DNA of 64,000 nt from Candidatus Nanohaloarchaea archaeon (GCA_014297435.1 JACOQA010000002.1:96001-160000), one strand, 5' to 3'. Shown: positions 41,617-50,994, numbered from the stretch's first letter. Made by a program: numbers and translations. The notes: generated from the letters alone by a model not told the origin.

Positions 41617-42308
41617 CGTATCGAGAACATAAAGACAAGCGCGAAAACAGTCAAACCTAACTCGGAAGGCACTCCAAGACCGAAAAGAGATGCAGCTATC
41701 GTAAGTAATACAAAACCTCCTGCGCGCCTCACGTAGTCTATATTCACAAGACTTACGACCTCCGATAAAATGTAAAGCATGCCTGCAGCTACGAAAGAGG
41801 TCGCTAAGGCAGGAAAGACGTACTCAAAGCTGAAAGTTATGCTCGAGGGCGCTTTAACCGATAAAACAATTCCTGTGAGCAGTATGCCGGGAACCGAAAA
41901 CTTCTCTGCATAACGGACCTCAAGCATTTGAAAGCCTATAGCTGAAAGTGCAACCCCTGCAGCCAGCCTTATACTCTCAAGATTAACCAGCTGGGCGTAA
42001 ACCGGCGCCACCAAAGATACCAGAATTGAGCCCAGCACAACCGGCGGCAAAGCTTTCAAAACCATCCTCCTTGCCTCTGACGGTGTTTCCGATTCAGAAC
42101 AAAGTACAGCTAACGCTCCAGCTCCCGCAAACACTGTGAGAGCTACCGAAATCATGCTTGAAAACGTGTCAACCCCTCCTGACACCAGTAAAGTGGCGAA
42201 AACTCCATCCACGAGAGGAAGACACATGATAAACACTAGTCTGCGAGTTCCTTTATCGTATCGATCGAGAAGCCATGAAGCGCCGTAGCTAAGTCTTTCC
42301 GGAACCAT
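41613..42308 (-). CDS. Membrane protein, DUF5794-like
   Basis: TRRLVFIMCLPLVDGVFATL, resembling a haloarchaeal family recalled from memory; multiple TM. Confidence 0.7.
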   Translation of the reverse strand: MVPERLSYGASWLLDRYDKGTRRLVFIMCLPLVDGVFATLLVSGGVDTFSSMISVALTVFAGAGALAVLCSESETPSEARRMVLKALPPVVLGSILVSLVAPVYAQLVNLESIRLAAGVALSAIGFQMLEVRYAEKFSVPGILLTGIVLSVKAPSSITFSFEYVFPALATSFVAAGMLYILSEVVSLVNIDYVRRAGGFVLLTIAASLFGLGVPSELGLTVFALVFMFSIR

Positions 42309-42341
42309 TTACAGAAAAACACCTCGTGGCTCCGGAGCCGC

Positions 42342-42443
42342 CTAATTAAACATCTTGGCTCCGGCAAACATCCAATTAAAGTCAAACTTCATACCTGACA
42401 GCAGCTGTCCAGAAGAACGCGTTTTCGTGGTTGCTGCCGTCAT
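42342..42443 (-). promoter_or_regulatory. Putative leader peptide (uORF, 33 aa) with attenuator-like helices
   Basis: MTAATTKTRSSGQLLSGMKFDFNWMFAGAKMFN*; CCGGAGCC/GGCTCCGG segments overlapping the downstream start. Confidence 0.45.
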
Positions 42444-42585
42444 AGGAGCGAAATTTGAGGCCAGATTAATTTAAATCTTATGAACCTCTCCTTCCTCGGC
42501 ACTCTCCTAAAAAGATAATCTGTGCCATCCTTGCAGGCCATTCACCTTTCTAAATATTAATCGCCTTTTGAATTAGCTTAAGCCT

Positions 42586-43536
42586 CTATAAATCGAACAT
42601 AGGCTCGCCCTCATCTAGGACCTTTCTATCATCAAACCAGACCGTAGGACTCTCGCATACAGTGTCCCAGTGAATTCCACAAGGGTTAGATCTTTCATCC
42701 GAAACATAAGTCGTGTTATCTCCGAAAGCAATATGGACTGTTCCAAGCACTTTCTCATCCTGTAGAACATTTCCGATTAATTCGGCTTCAGGGTTTGTAC
42801 CGAAACCGAACTCGGCGATTCTACGGGAACAAGGCTTTTCCTCGAACGCTTCAGCTAACTCAGAACTCTTAGCCTCTTCAGGATGCTCGATCGCCACGAC
42901 CTCGCCGTCTTCAATCTCAACCTTAGTTCCTGAAGGAGCGAACGGGAAGTGGTCTATCACAAGAACTCCGCTAATATTTTCGGGGAAGCCCCCAGTCTCT
43001 CCTGCAGGTATGTTCCCAATACCGCCTTTTTCCGTGATTATGCCCCCGTCCAGAATATATGTATCTATATCAACATCGAACTCTATCTTCGTCCCTGAAG
43101 GAGTTTCTATCCTCACTCTTTCGCTCTGTTCAAGCATAGAGTAGACTTTCTCCGTTATTTGGTCCACTCTCTCGTAGTCTGCCTGGATTGAGGTGTTCCA
43201 TACCTGCTTGTCCACTTGGGGAAGAGTTGCAACCCTCGAACCGGAATCACATGCTTCCTTCCTGGCTTCAGTGTGTGAAAGAGACTTGTTTGTCGGTGCG
43301 ATCACAACGTCAAACTCTTTCATTTTCTCCAAAACATTTTCCGGAGGTTCGTCACCATGGCTCTCAGGCTCCTCGTACTCTAGAAGTTGATGTTCAATAT
43401 CTTTTGACTTGAGAACTTCCAGTAGAGAATCAATAAGGTTTTGGTCGTTCGAATCGTTCAAGACCAGAACTTTTTCGTTTTCCTTGATTTTCAGGCACTG
43501 GTCAACTATTGTTTCTGCCCCCTTCTTCAGGCTCAT
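42586..43536 (-). CDS. Aminopeptidase M29-like (short form)
   Basis: GNIPAGE, IAEFGFGTN, DEKVLGTVHIAFG, IHWD. Confidence 0.9.
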   Translation of the reverse strand: MSLKKGAETIVDQCLKIKENEKVLVLNDSNDQNLIDSLLEVLKSKDIEHQLLEYEEPESHGDEPPENVLEKMKEFDVVIAPTNKSLSHTEARKEACDSGSRVATLPQVDKQVWNTSIQADYERVDQITEKVYSMLEQSERVRIETPSGTKIEFDVDIDTYILDGGIITEKGGIGNIPAGETGGFPENISGVLVIDHFPFAPSGTKVEIEDGEVVAIEHPEEAKSSELAEAFEEKPCSRRIAEFGFGTNPEAELIGNVLQDEKVLGTVHIAFGDNTTYVSDERSNPCGIHWDTVCESPTVWFDDRKVLDEGEPMFDL

Positions 43537-43581
43537 ATAATCTTATAGTTTTTCAGAGACGGAGTTAAGTTAGTGGCGGGA

Positions 43582-43779
43582 TCAGCTTAGTCTAACCGAA
43601 GTCCCTCTTCCGTTATCGACGAACTCTAGTTTTTCTTCGCGTGCCAGCCATCCGATCGCCATATTTACTTTGGTGCGCGGTGCATCAACTGCTTTTGTGA
43701 CTCCTGAAACGGAGGTTTCGCCCTCTTCTTCGAGGAAACGCCAAACGTAGCCAGCAAGTTCGCCCATTCTTTCCTGCAT
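43582..43779 (-). CDS. Winged-helix protein (DUF2582-like)
   Basis: GELAGYVWRFL...AIGWLAREEK. Confidence 0.85.
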   Translation of the reverse strand: MQERMGELAGYVWRFLEEEGETSVSGVTKAVDAPRTKVNMAIGWLAREEKLEFVDNGRGTSVRLS

Positions 43780-43869
43780 GGAACTAACCTAAGTTCTAAT
43801 TACCGGATCTGGTTTAAGTGGGTTCGGCATCGAACCCTTTAACACAATTACCTACCTAGTCGGTTCTGT

Positions 43870-43944
43870 GCCTCGGTGGCTCAGCCTGGCTAGAGCGGTC
43901 CCCTCGTAAGGGACAGATCCCGGGTTCAAATCCCGGTCGGGGCT
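43870..43944 (+). tRNA. tRNA-Thr(CGT)
   Basis: Cloverleaf: acceptor GCCTCGG/TCGGGGC, anticodon arm GTCCC-CTCGTAA-GGGAC, T-loop TTCAAAT; CCA not encoded. Confidence 0.95.
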
Positions 43945-44024
43945 TCTGAGTTTTTTTCTAGATCAGCACCCCTTAACGTAAAGCATGCTTTACATTTTTA
44001 AATGTCAAGTTTCCTTTACACCAT

Positions 44025-44429
44025 GTGAGGATGAATCTAGAAAAATACGGACTTACACCTCGAAAAACATACTTTCTCGTGCTTATAACCGGAATGATAT
44101 TATCTGTGATAACTTTCAACATGGAAATGGAGCTTCTGGCTGCAGGAATAATAGTTGGCTCAGTAATGCTGCTTTCGCTCGTCAAGAGATCGGCCGAGAG
44201 ACCTGTTTTCGACGAGAGAGATATCAGCCTGGCAGAGGAATCAACCCATCAGGCAGTTATGTTTACAGGCGCTCTAGGCGGAGTTTTCATGATAATAGTC
44301 TCCATCGGGATGGGACTAGGGAAATGGGGTTACCCGGACTGGGCCGCACCCTACTTCCTAACCTGGGGCGGAATTGTCGGACTCGCAGCGCTGATAGAAG
44401 CATCAAAAAGACTTAGAGGGGTCAAATAA
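44025..44429 (+). CDS. DUF2178-like membrane protein
   Basis: DER motif between TM pairs; upstream of an XRE HTH gene. Confidence 0.75.
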   Translation: MRMNLEKYGLTPRKTYFLVLITGMILSVITFNMEMELLAAGIIVGSVMLLSLVKRSAERPVFDERDISLAEESTHQAVMFTGALGGVFMIIVSIGMGLGKWGYPDWAAPYFLTWGGIVGLAALIEASKRLRGVK

Positions 44430-44442
44430 CAATCTTGTTTAT

Positions 44443-44643
44443 ATGACCATAGAAAACGATCTTAGAGAGGTCCGATCAAAACAGGAGCTGACCCAGCAGG
44501 AACTCGGAGAAGCCATGGGCGTTTCGAGACAGACCATTAACGCTATAGAAACCGGCAAGTACAACCCCAGCCTCGAGTTGGCCCTCAAACTCTCAAGTTA
44601 TTTTGAGACAGAGGTGCAAAAACTCTTCAGAATAGAAGAATAA
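44443..44643 (+). CDS. XRE-family HTH regulator
   Basis: LTQQELGEAMGVSRQTINAIETGKYNPSL. Confidence 0.93.
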   Translation: MTIENDLREVRSKQELTQQELGEAMGVSRQTINAIETGKYNPSLELALKLSSYFETEVQKLFRIEE

Positions 44644-44825
44644 AGTCCGACCAAACACTATTGTAGATCCAATCAACCATTTTTATTTCTCTCAATTGTT
44701 TTCTATGGATTTTAGAAATAATAGATACATTTACCTTCTTTTCAGTTCTAACAAACCGTTTATATCGAGTCCGGAAAGCTTTAGACATGCCTGGAGAAGA
44801 ATCAATCCCCAGAACGTTGATATCC

Positions 44826-44905
44826 GGGCAAAGTTCTTCAAGAAAACCAAGCCACGGGAGCTACGATTCCCAAGGGTTGCCTGTTAACTCCCCGAAACAG
44901 GCTTT
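44826..44905 (+). promoter_or_regulatory. Riboswitch-like structured leader resembling c-di-GMP-I, with overlapping hairpin
   Basis: GGCAAA...AAGCCACGGG...GGTTGCC, then GCCTGTT/AACAGGC-TTT before the AGGAGGTGA RBS. Confidence 0.4.
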
Positions 44906-44927
44906 ACACAAAAGGAGGTGAGAATTT

Positions 44928-45776
44928 TTGAACAGACAGATCACAGTTTCACTCGTTGTAATCGGTCTAGTTGCCGCAGTTGCCGGAGCAGGTTCCGTAG
45001 CTGCTTCTGACAGCGACTCTAAGTACGACAAGGACTACTACAAGAACAAGGTTGACGTCCTCTCGGAGAAGGTGAGCGACATCGAGAAAGACCGTAACGA
45101 GTACAAAGAAAAGTTCCAGAAACAGAAAGAGGACTTTGAGAGCATGAAGAAGAAGCTCGAAGAGAAAGACAAAGAGATAGATCGGATGAAGGAGAAGCTC
45201 CGAGTTGAGAAAGACAGAAAGAACGAGTACAAGAACAAGTTCAACAAGCAGAAAGAACAAACAAAGAAATTCGAGTCTAAGTACCGGAAACAGAAGAGCG
45301 ATCTTCAGAAGTACCGGAAACAGCTCGATCAGCAGCAAGAAACAATTGAGAAGCTGAAGAAGAGCTACAGCCAATCCTACCTGAACTCTCAGGAAGGATA
45401 CGTCAAGAAGACGTACGTCAGAAGTTACGACAACAAGCTGAAGAAAGAAAAGGAAGCCAACAAAGAAACAAAAGACAAAGAGTCCTCAAGCAAGGAGAAG
45501 AACAAGGAGAAGAAAGACTCAAGCACTTACGACAAGAAGGATTCCGAGTCTAAGAAGAAGGACAGCTCCTACGAGAAGGATACAAGCGAGAAAGACAGTT
45601 CAGAGAAGTCTTATGAGAAGAAGCAGAGTGAATCCGACACAGAAAAGGATTATGAAGAGACAAACAAGTACAAGGAAAGCGAAGAAGACAGCTCCTACAA
45701 GAAGAACTCAGAGGAGTATGAGGAGAACGAGTCAGTTGACAAGAAAGAGCAGGAATCTGAGGAAGAGAAACACTAA
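44928..45776 (+). CDS. Secreted K/E-rich coiled-coil protein with SipW-type signal peptide
   Basis: TTG start after AGGAGGTGA; SLVVIGLVAAVAGAGS; long heptads and a low-complexity tail. Confidence 0.8.
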   Translation: MNRQITVSLVVIGLVAAVAGAGSVAASDSDSKYDKDYYKNKVDVLSEKVSDIEKDRNEYKEKFQKQKEDFESMKKKLEEKDKEIDRMKEKLRVEKDRKNEYKNKFNKQKEQTKKFESKYRKQKSDLQKYRKQLDQQQETIEKLKKSYSQSYLNSQEGYVKKTYVRSYDNKLKKEKEANKETKDKESSSKEKNKEKKDSSTYDKKDSESKKKDSSYEKDTSEKDSSEKSYEKKQSESDTEKDYEETNKYKESEEDSSYKKNSEEYEENESVDKKEQESEEEKH

Positions 45777-45784
45777 AGGTACGA

Positions 45785-45806
45785 GGGGGTTATCGGCCCC
45801 CCCTTT
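45785..45806 (+). terminator. Hairpin terminator
   Basis: GGGGGTT-ATC-GGCCCCC followed by a pyrimidine run, just after the stop. Confidence 0.5.
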
Positions 45807-45902
45807 CTCACACCTCATATAGCTTTCTAAGACGTTAAAAGACCGCATTATTGCCCGGTACAATATACATCCTTAAAATAAAGTAGGCGAATACCTTGAA
45901 CC

Positions 45903-46550
45903 ATGACGGTTGGTGACGAAGGCAATCATATCTACAGAATCGCAGAGTCAGAGTTTTACGAAAACCCTGCTAAAATATTCTCGCTCGACTACTATACACG
46001 CGAAAATGGCGGCGAGGACGAATTCTCCCGCAAACAGATCTGGTTCCAGGTTTATGGCGACGAAGAAATAGAAAAAGAGTTTAACAAACGTCTTACACGT
46101 CTTTTCCAACAACACTTCAACAATGGCGACTGGGACTTTGTTACGATGTATCCTACCCATGTCAAGGGCGAAGTTAACCCACACATGAAGAAGTTGATAG
46201 AGGATATAGCAGAAGACTTGGATCTCGAGTACAGCCAAGTTCTAAGACGTAACGAGACAATCGAAGAGAACCACGAGCTGGAGTCGCCTAGAAAGAAGAT
46301 AGTGAACGTTGAAGGAACCGTTGACATAACTGAAGACGTTGAGGGAAAGAACGTAATAGTAGTGGATAACATAGCTATTAGTGGCACTTCACTTCTTCAC
46401 GCCACCAACAGGCTTTACGAGGCAGGCGCTAAAAAGGTTGCTTCTGTAACATTAGGTGTTTCTAAGGAGCATCGTGAAGACGACATGTTTATCGAAAACG
46501 ATGCCAGTGCAAAGAAAATCATGAAAAAAACAACCAGCGAGGGTTCTTAA
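45903..46550 (+). CDS. Phosphoribosyltransferase-fold protein (ComF-like)
   Basis: VIVVDNIAISGTS PRPP-loop variant, LYEAGA. Confidence 0.75.
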   Translation: MTVGDEGNHIYRIAESEFYENPAKIFSLDYYTRENGGEDEFSRKQIWFQVYGDEEIEKEFNKRLTRLFQQHFNNGDWDFVTMYPTHVKGEVNPHMKKLIEDIAEDLDLEYSQVLRRNETIEENHELESPRKKIVNVEGTVDITEDVEGKNVIVVDNIAISGTSLLHATNRLYEAGAKKVASVTLGVSKEHREDDMFIENDASAKKIMKKTTSEGS

Positions 46551-46553
46551 ATA

Positions 46554-46838
46554 ATGAAAGACTTTTTTCTTAACGAAAAACCAGTTATGGCTCTAGTAAC
46601 GATCAGAAAGCATAGAGATGACGTCTATGGGAGCTTAATTTCGCAGAAGATAGACACGACGTACGCCCATACCGTTAAGATTCTTTCCAGGATGGAGGAT
46701 CACGATCTTATTGAGACGGAGAAGAAGGGTAGGAAGAAGATTCTCACTCTCACCGACAAGGGTGAGGAATATGCAGACCACTTTATAGAGCTGATTAACT
46801 GCTTTGAAGACAATCAGATAGAGAAACAGAGCCCATAA
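46554..46838 (+). CDS. Winged-helix transcription regulator
   Basis: ISQKIDTTYAHTVKIL...KKGRKKILTLTDKG. Confidence 0.85.
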   Translation: MKDFFLNEKPVMALVTIRKHRDDVYGSLISQKIDTTYAHTVKILSRMEDHDLIETEKKGRKKILTLTDKGEEYADHFIELINCFEDNQIEKQSP

Positions 46839-46959
46839 TACAATCACAATATTTTGGTAGGTCACAAGCCTTGTAGTAATCCACTAGTATAGCCTAGTAA
46901 TAGAAAGAAAGCATAGCATGTTTAATAAGGTCTAAGCAGGGTATTTACTCCCTGTGACG

Positions 46960-47271
46960 ATGAGCGACCCAGAAGAGATAGAGAAGCTGTTCCTCAAGAA
47001 CAAGCCGGTGAAGATCATAGTCAAAATCCGGATGCAAAGGGACGAAAACTACGCCCTCCAACTCTCAAAGGAAGTAGACGCCACCTACTCCCATACAGTT
47101 AAAGTCCTCCAGAACATGGAGGAACACGACCTGGTGAAGTTCAAGAGAGAGGGTCGGAAGAAGATAGTCGAACTAACAGAGGATGGAGAAAGAATCGCGA
47201 AGGCCTTCAAGGAAGTCTATGATGAGATTGAGAAGACCGATGGCGAAAATTCCATCATCAGGAGGGCATAA
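46960..47271 (+). CDS. Winged-helix transcription regulator (paralog)
   Basis: LSKEVDATYSHTVKVL...EGRKKIVELTEDG. Confidence 0.85.
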   Translation: MSDPEEIEKLFLKNKPVKIIVKIRMQRDENYALQLSKEVDATYSHTVKVLQNMEEHDLVKFKREGRKKIVELTEDGERIAKAFKEVYDEIEKTDGENSIIRRA

Positions 47272-47557
47272 AAAAATTTTACGAACTACCTTGCGAAACT
47301 TCTCTGATAAAATAACACATTCCTCTGGTCGGAGATATTTCTAAACATCTAACCAAAAATACTGCTTCAGAACACCAATCCTGGTTCTACACAACCTTTG
47401 AAAGGTAAAAAAGGTATTATAAGACATCTTCAAACACAATAGTTGTGGTAAAGCCGATAATTGTCCTCCATGCGATCTAGAGGCTACTTTAAAGGCTTTT
47501 CAACTTCCACAGACATCAAAACCTGAATTAAACACACTAAGAGGTGACTATTACTCT

Positions 47558-48970
47558 ATGAAGAAAAAGATTTTAACATCTCTAATCATCGTAGGATTGG
47601 CAGCAGTAACAGCAGGCGCAGGAACCTCCGCCTATTTCAACGACACAGAGACAAGCCAAGACAACACATTCCAAACTGGCTCACTCGATCTACAAGTGAA
47701 CTGGGATGAAAAGTACAACGGAGAGAAAGTAGAAAACTCGAACTATACCGACAACCCCGGACCTATCTTCGGTCTTTCAGACATTAAGCCCGGAGATCAC
47801 GGTCAGGCTAAAGTCGGACTAAGAATCTACGACAACCCCGGACATCTGTTCATGAGGATCAAGGAGAAAGCAGACAAGGAAAACGGAATCAGCGAACCAG
47901 AGCGACAGATCGGAGACACAGATCCTGACGGCGAACTTGATAGCAGAATCAAGTTCAGAATCTGGTACGACGATGGCGACGGCATCAAACAGGACGACGA
48001 GAAAACACTGTTCTACGGAACAGGTCAGGAAATGGTCGAAAGTAACCTGGGCGAAGGACATTTCCTAGCACAGGAATTCTGGAACAGTGAAGCTTCCGAA
48101 AAGAAAAGACATCTAGGAGTCGAATGGTGGCTTCCAAAACACGTAGGAAACGAAGCCCAGTCAGACCTACTTAAGTACGACTTCGAGTTCTACACGGAAC
48201 AGAAGAGACACAACGAAAACCCGAACAACCCATGGAACTCAGGCGACAAAGAACCTGAAGAACCAGAAGAGCCTGAGAACCCAGAACCGCCTGAAGACCC
48301 TGAAGGAAACGAAACAGAAAACTACAACCAGACAACAAACTACACAGTAACACAGGGAGACGAAACCTATGAAGTAACAGCAATCAACGGCGACCAGACG
48401 GTTGAAGAGTTCTATGAGTACCAGCTACCTGAAGACCAGCAAACCGAAGAAAACGGAGCTATCAGCGAAGGAAACTTCAACTGGGGATCCAAAGGAACCT
48501 TCAACCTTCAGAAAGAAGACGGATCCGTCCTAATGCTGTACAACGGAACTGACGGATTAAGCCTAGTCGCTGTACACGGAAAAGCAAACAGTTACTCCGA
48601 CAACGGTGGCGGATCAGTAAGTTTCACAGTTCAAAACCTTGGTGACGGCAACTGGGATGTCAAGGACGATCTCTACAGGAAGGATAACGGCGAGCTATCA
48701 GGCAGCAACTACGACCGCTGGGACGTAGACTCTTCGCCCCACAGGATCAACTGGACCTGGGGCGACGGAGGAACAGACGGCGGAGCTTTCAACGGACTAG
48801 GAAACAGCTTCGATTTCACAATCGAACCACGTTTCAACGAGGAGGCGCCGCTCTACAACGAGTACTACGACGGCGACTTGGAGACATGGGAGATCTTATC
48901 CGGAGACAGAGAAAACCCTGAAAGGATTGAGCTAGACATGGACGAGCCAATCACGGTTTCGTCCAACTAG
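47558..48970 (+). CDS. TasA/CalY-like protein with SipW-dependent signal peptide and extra C-terminal domain
   Basis: AGAGTSAYFNDTETSQDNTFQTGSLDL, DIKPGD, GNEAQSD...F.F..EQ; PE linker. Confidence 0.85.
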   Translation: MKKKILTSLIIVGLAAVTAGAGTSAYFNDTETSQDNTFQTGSLDLQVNWDEKYNGEKVENSNYTDNPGPIFGLSDIKPGDHGQAKVGLRIYDNPGHLFMRIKEKADKENGISEPERQIGDTDPDGELDSRIKFRIWYDDGDGIKQDDEKTLFYGTGQEMVESNLGEGHFLAQEFWNSEASEKKRHLGVEWWLPKHVGNEAQSDLLKYDFEFYTEQKRHNENPNNPWNSGDKEPEEPEEPENPEPPEDPEGNETENYNQTTNYTVTQGDETYEVTAINGDQTVEEFYEYQLPEDQQTEENGAISEGNFNWGSKGTFNLQKEDGSVLMLYNGTDGLSLVAVHGKANSYSDNGGGSVSFTVQNLGDGNWDVKDDLYRKDNGELSGSNYDRWDVDSSPHRINWTWGDGGTDGGAFNGLGNSFDFTIEPRFNEEAPLYNEYYDGDLETWEILSGDRENPERIELDMDEPITVSSN

Positions 48971-48995
48971 CTCCTTCTCTCTTTCTTCTTTATTT

Positions 48996-49508
48996 ATGAA
49001 ACCTTCTTATATTGCGATTTCGATCGCAGGACTGATACTTTTAGCGCCTTTCCTAGCTTTAGCTTTCCCTTTCTTGCTTGGCGCTTCGAAGACCTTCGTG
49101 GTTACCTCCGGATCTATGGAACCAGGCATACCTACAGGATCAGTGATATGGGTTTCGGACACTCCACCCTCTGAAATCAGACAGGGAGACGTCATAACAT
49201 TCAACCAAGGCTCAGGTAACACCGTGACACACCGAGTGGTTAACGTCACAGAGGAAGAAAACCCTAGGTTTAAGACTAAGGGTGATGCCAACACGGAACC
49301 GGATCCAGGATATGTTGAACCAAATCAGCTTGTTGGAAAAGTAAATTTCAGCGTTCCTTACTTAGGTTATATAGCTGAATGGACAGGATCCTCTATAGGA
49401 CTTATATTACTGGTCGTGATACCTGCATTAGGCATTATAGGTCTTGAATTATCTGAACTCTATAACACCATGAGGGAAGAGCAGGAGGAAGATTATTCAG
49501 GTTTCTGA
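48996..49508 (+). CDS. sipW: Signal peptidase I, SipW type (S26B)
   Basis: SGSMEP, GDVITF, THRV, TKGDAN. Confidence 0.9.
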   Translation: MKPSYIAISIAGLILLAPFLALAFPFLLGASKTFVVTSGSMEPGIPTGSVIWVSDTPPSEIRQGDVITFNQGSGNTVTHRVVNVTEEENPRFKTKGDANTEPDPGYVEPNQLVGKVNFSVPYLGYIAEWTGSSIGLILLVVIPALGIIGLELSELYNTMREEQEEDYSGF

Positions 49509-50629
49509 GGCATTTTAACCTCTTCTTTTGTAAGAATACGGAGCTGACTTGAGTTAGCGTATCCAGAACGCGACATGCCTACAATAAAGTCAGCTTCAAG
49601 CTCCTCTGCCTCCTCAACATTTGATTCTTCCACCTCGCCATCTATAACAACTGCTTTACAAGACTCGGTATCCGCTTCCCCAAGCTTGTCTAGAGGCATC
49701 TTTTCCTCAACTTTAATCTCAGAATTCAGAACATAAGCCGCTCTGGTTCCTATAATATCCTGGACATGCCCGCCCAATGATTCAAGAACCTCTTCACTAA
49801 CTTCATCGTTCTCGGGTTCTTCGGCGTAACGGAACTGTTCTTTGTCTCTTAGAGCTTTGTAGATTTCTTCTTTACCTAGTTCTTCGACCTCTTTGTTTTC
49901 GGGCGCCCGAGCCACATAGTCAGGATCGGATTTTTCCTCCAGTTCCTTGAGTATCAAGTCTCCGCCTCTATCACCGTCGAGGAACGGCGTAATTTTTTTC
50001 TCACTAGGTAAGAGACCGATGTTTTCAGGTATCGATGTGCCTCCTACTGCAATCGCGTTTCTTACGCCGTTTGAAAGAAGGTTTAACAGATCTGCACGAC
50101 CTTCAACAATAATAATTTCTTCAGAAGAATTTGCTTCAGGACCGGCCTGGAAACCTTTGTACTCTGTCAATTCTGTCGTTCTGACTTCTTGCTTGACCTC
50201 GTCGGTTATCTTGCCTTTCTCAGGTGTATCATCCTGCATTTCTTTCAAAAGCTGCTTGGCTCTCTTTACAATATAGTCTCTCTTAGTAGTTCTTTCATCT
50301 CTGATCTCTTCAACAGTTATATCGGCATTCGTGGGACCTACTCTCTCTATTGTTTCAAGTGAAGCTCCTAATAAGGCTGTTTCTGTTGCGTTCAATGAAG
50401 AAGGAATTTTTATTTCGGCTGTAGATCTACCCTCTTCCTCTTTTACCTGCACGTCGATCCTGCCCACTCTGCCTCTCTCCTGTAACTCCCTTAAGTCCAG
50501 TTCGTCTCCGAGTAGACCTTCTGTCTGTCCGAATATCGCTCCGACTATGTCTGGTTTTTCAACTAGACCTGTAGATTCTAGCTTTGCCTCTATCATGTAC
50601 TTTACAGAATTTTGTGCTACTTTTCCCAT
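49493..50629 (-). CDS. dnaG: Archaeal DnaG-type primase
   Basis: GAIFGQTEGLLG, IVEGRAD, DGDRGG TOPRIM. Confidence 0.93.
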   Translation of the reverse strand: MGKVAQNSVKYMIEAKLESTGLVEKPDIVGAIFGQTEGLLGDELDLRELQERGRVGRIDVQVKEEEGRSTAEIKIPSSLNATETALLGASLETIERVGPTNADITVEEIRDERTTKRDYIVKRAKQLLKEMQDDTPEKGKITDEVKQEVRTTELTEYKGFQAGPEANSSEEIIIVEGRADLLNLLSNGVRNAIAVGGTSIPENIGLLPSEKKITPFLDGDRGGDLILKELEEKSDPDYVARAPENKEVEELGKEEIYKALRDKEQFRYAEEPENDEVSEEVLESLGGHVQDIIGTRAAYVLNSEIKVEEKMPLDKLGEADTESCKAVVIDGEVEESNVEEAEELEADFIVGMSRSGYANSSQLRILTKEEVKMPQKPE

Positions 50630-50880
50630 TTTTTAGAAGCCTCTTTGATCTTTTCTTCGAATTTTTGCTTGCTCATCTCGAGCTTGAGCTCTTTTCTCCT
50701 TGATTTTGTCCCAGAGACTATTCCCGGACGCTCCCCCAGTATTTTTTCGAGACGGGACCTAAGTTCTGCGTTTGCCCTGCCATTTTCAGCCCTGTTCTCC
50801 AAGTAGATCTTCGGCATAAAACCGGTTTCTACCTTGAAATTTTTCGAGTCAGGCTCTACCTTTACTTTGACAGTGGTCAT
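50617..50880 (-). CDS. DUF167 (YggU) family protein
   Basis: VKVEP, AENGRANAEL, IVSGTKSRRK. Confidence 0.85.
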   Translation of the reverse strand: MTTVKVKVEPDSKNFKVETGFMPKIYLENRAENGRANAELRSRLEKILGERPGIVSGTKSRRKELKLEMSKQKFEEKIKEASKKWEK

Positions 50881-50994
50881 AGTATGTGGCTGCCCTGTAA
50901 CACGGGCGGTCATTCCCGTCCCTTAAGGTCTCGTCCGCTGACTTCAGGACAGCCTACAACTAAATCATCAGTTCGAACTGTTAAATAACACCGG

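Noticed and set aside
43944-49508. Integrative element at tRNA-Thr
   Set aside because: No integrase and no duplicated tRNA 3' end seen
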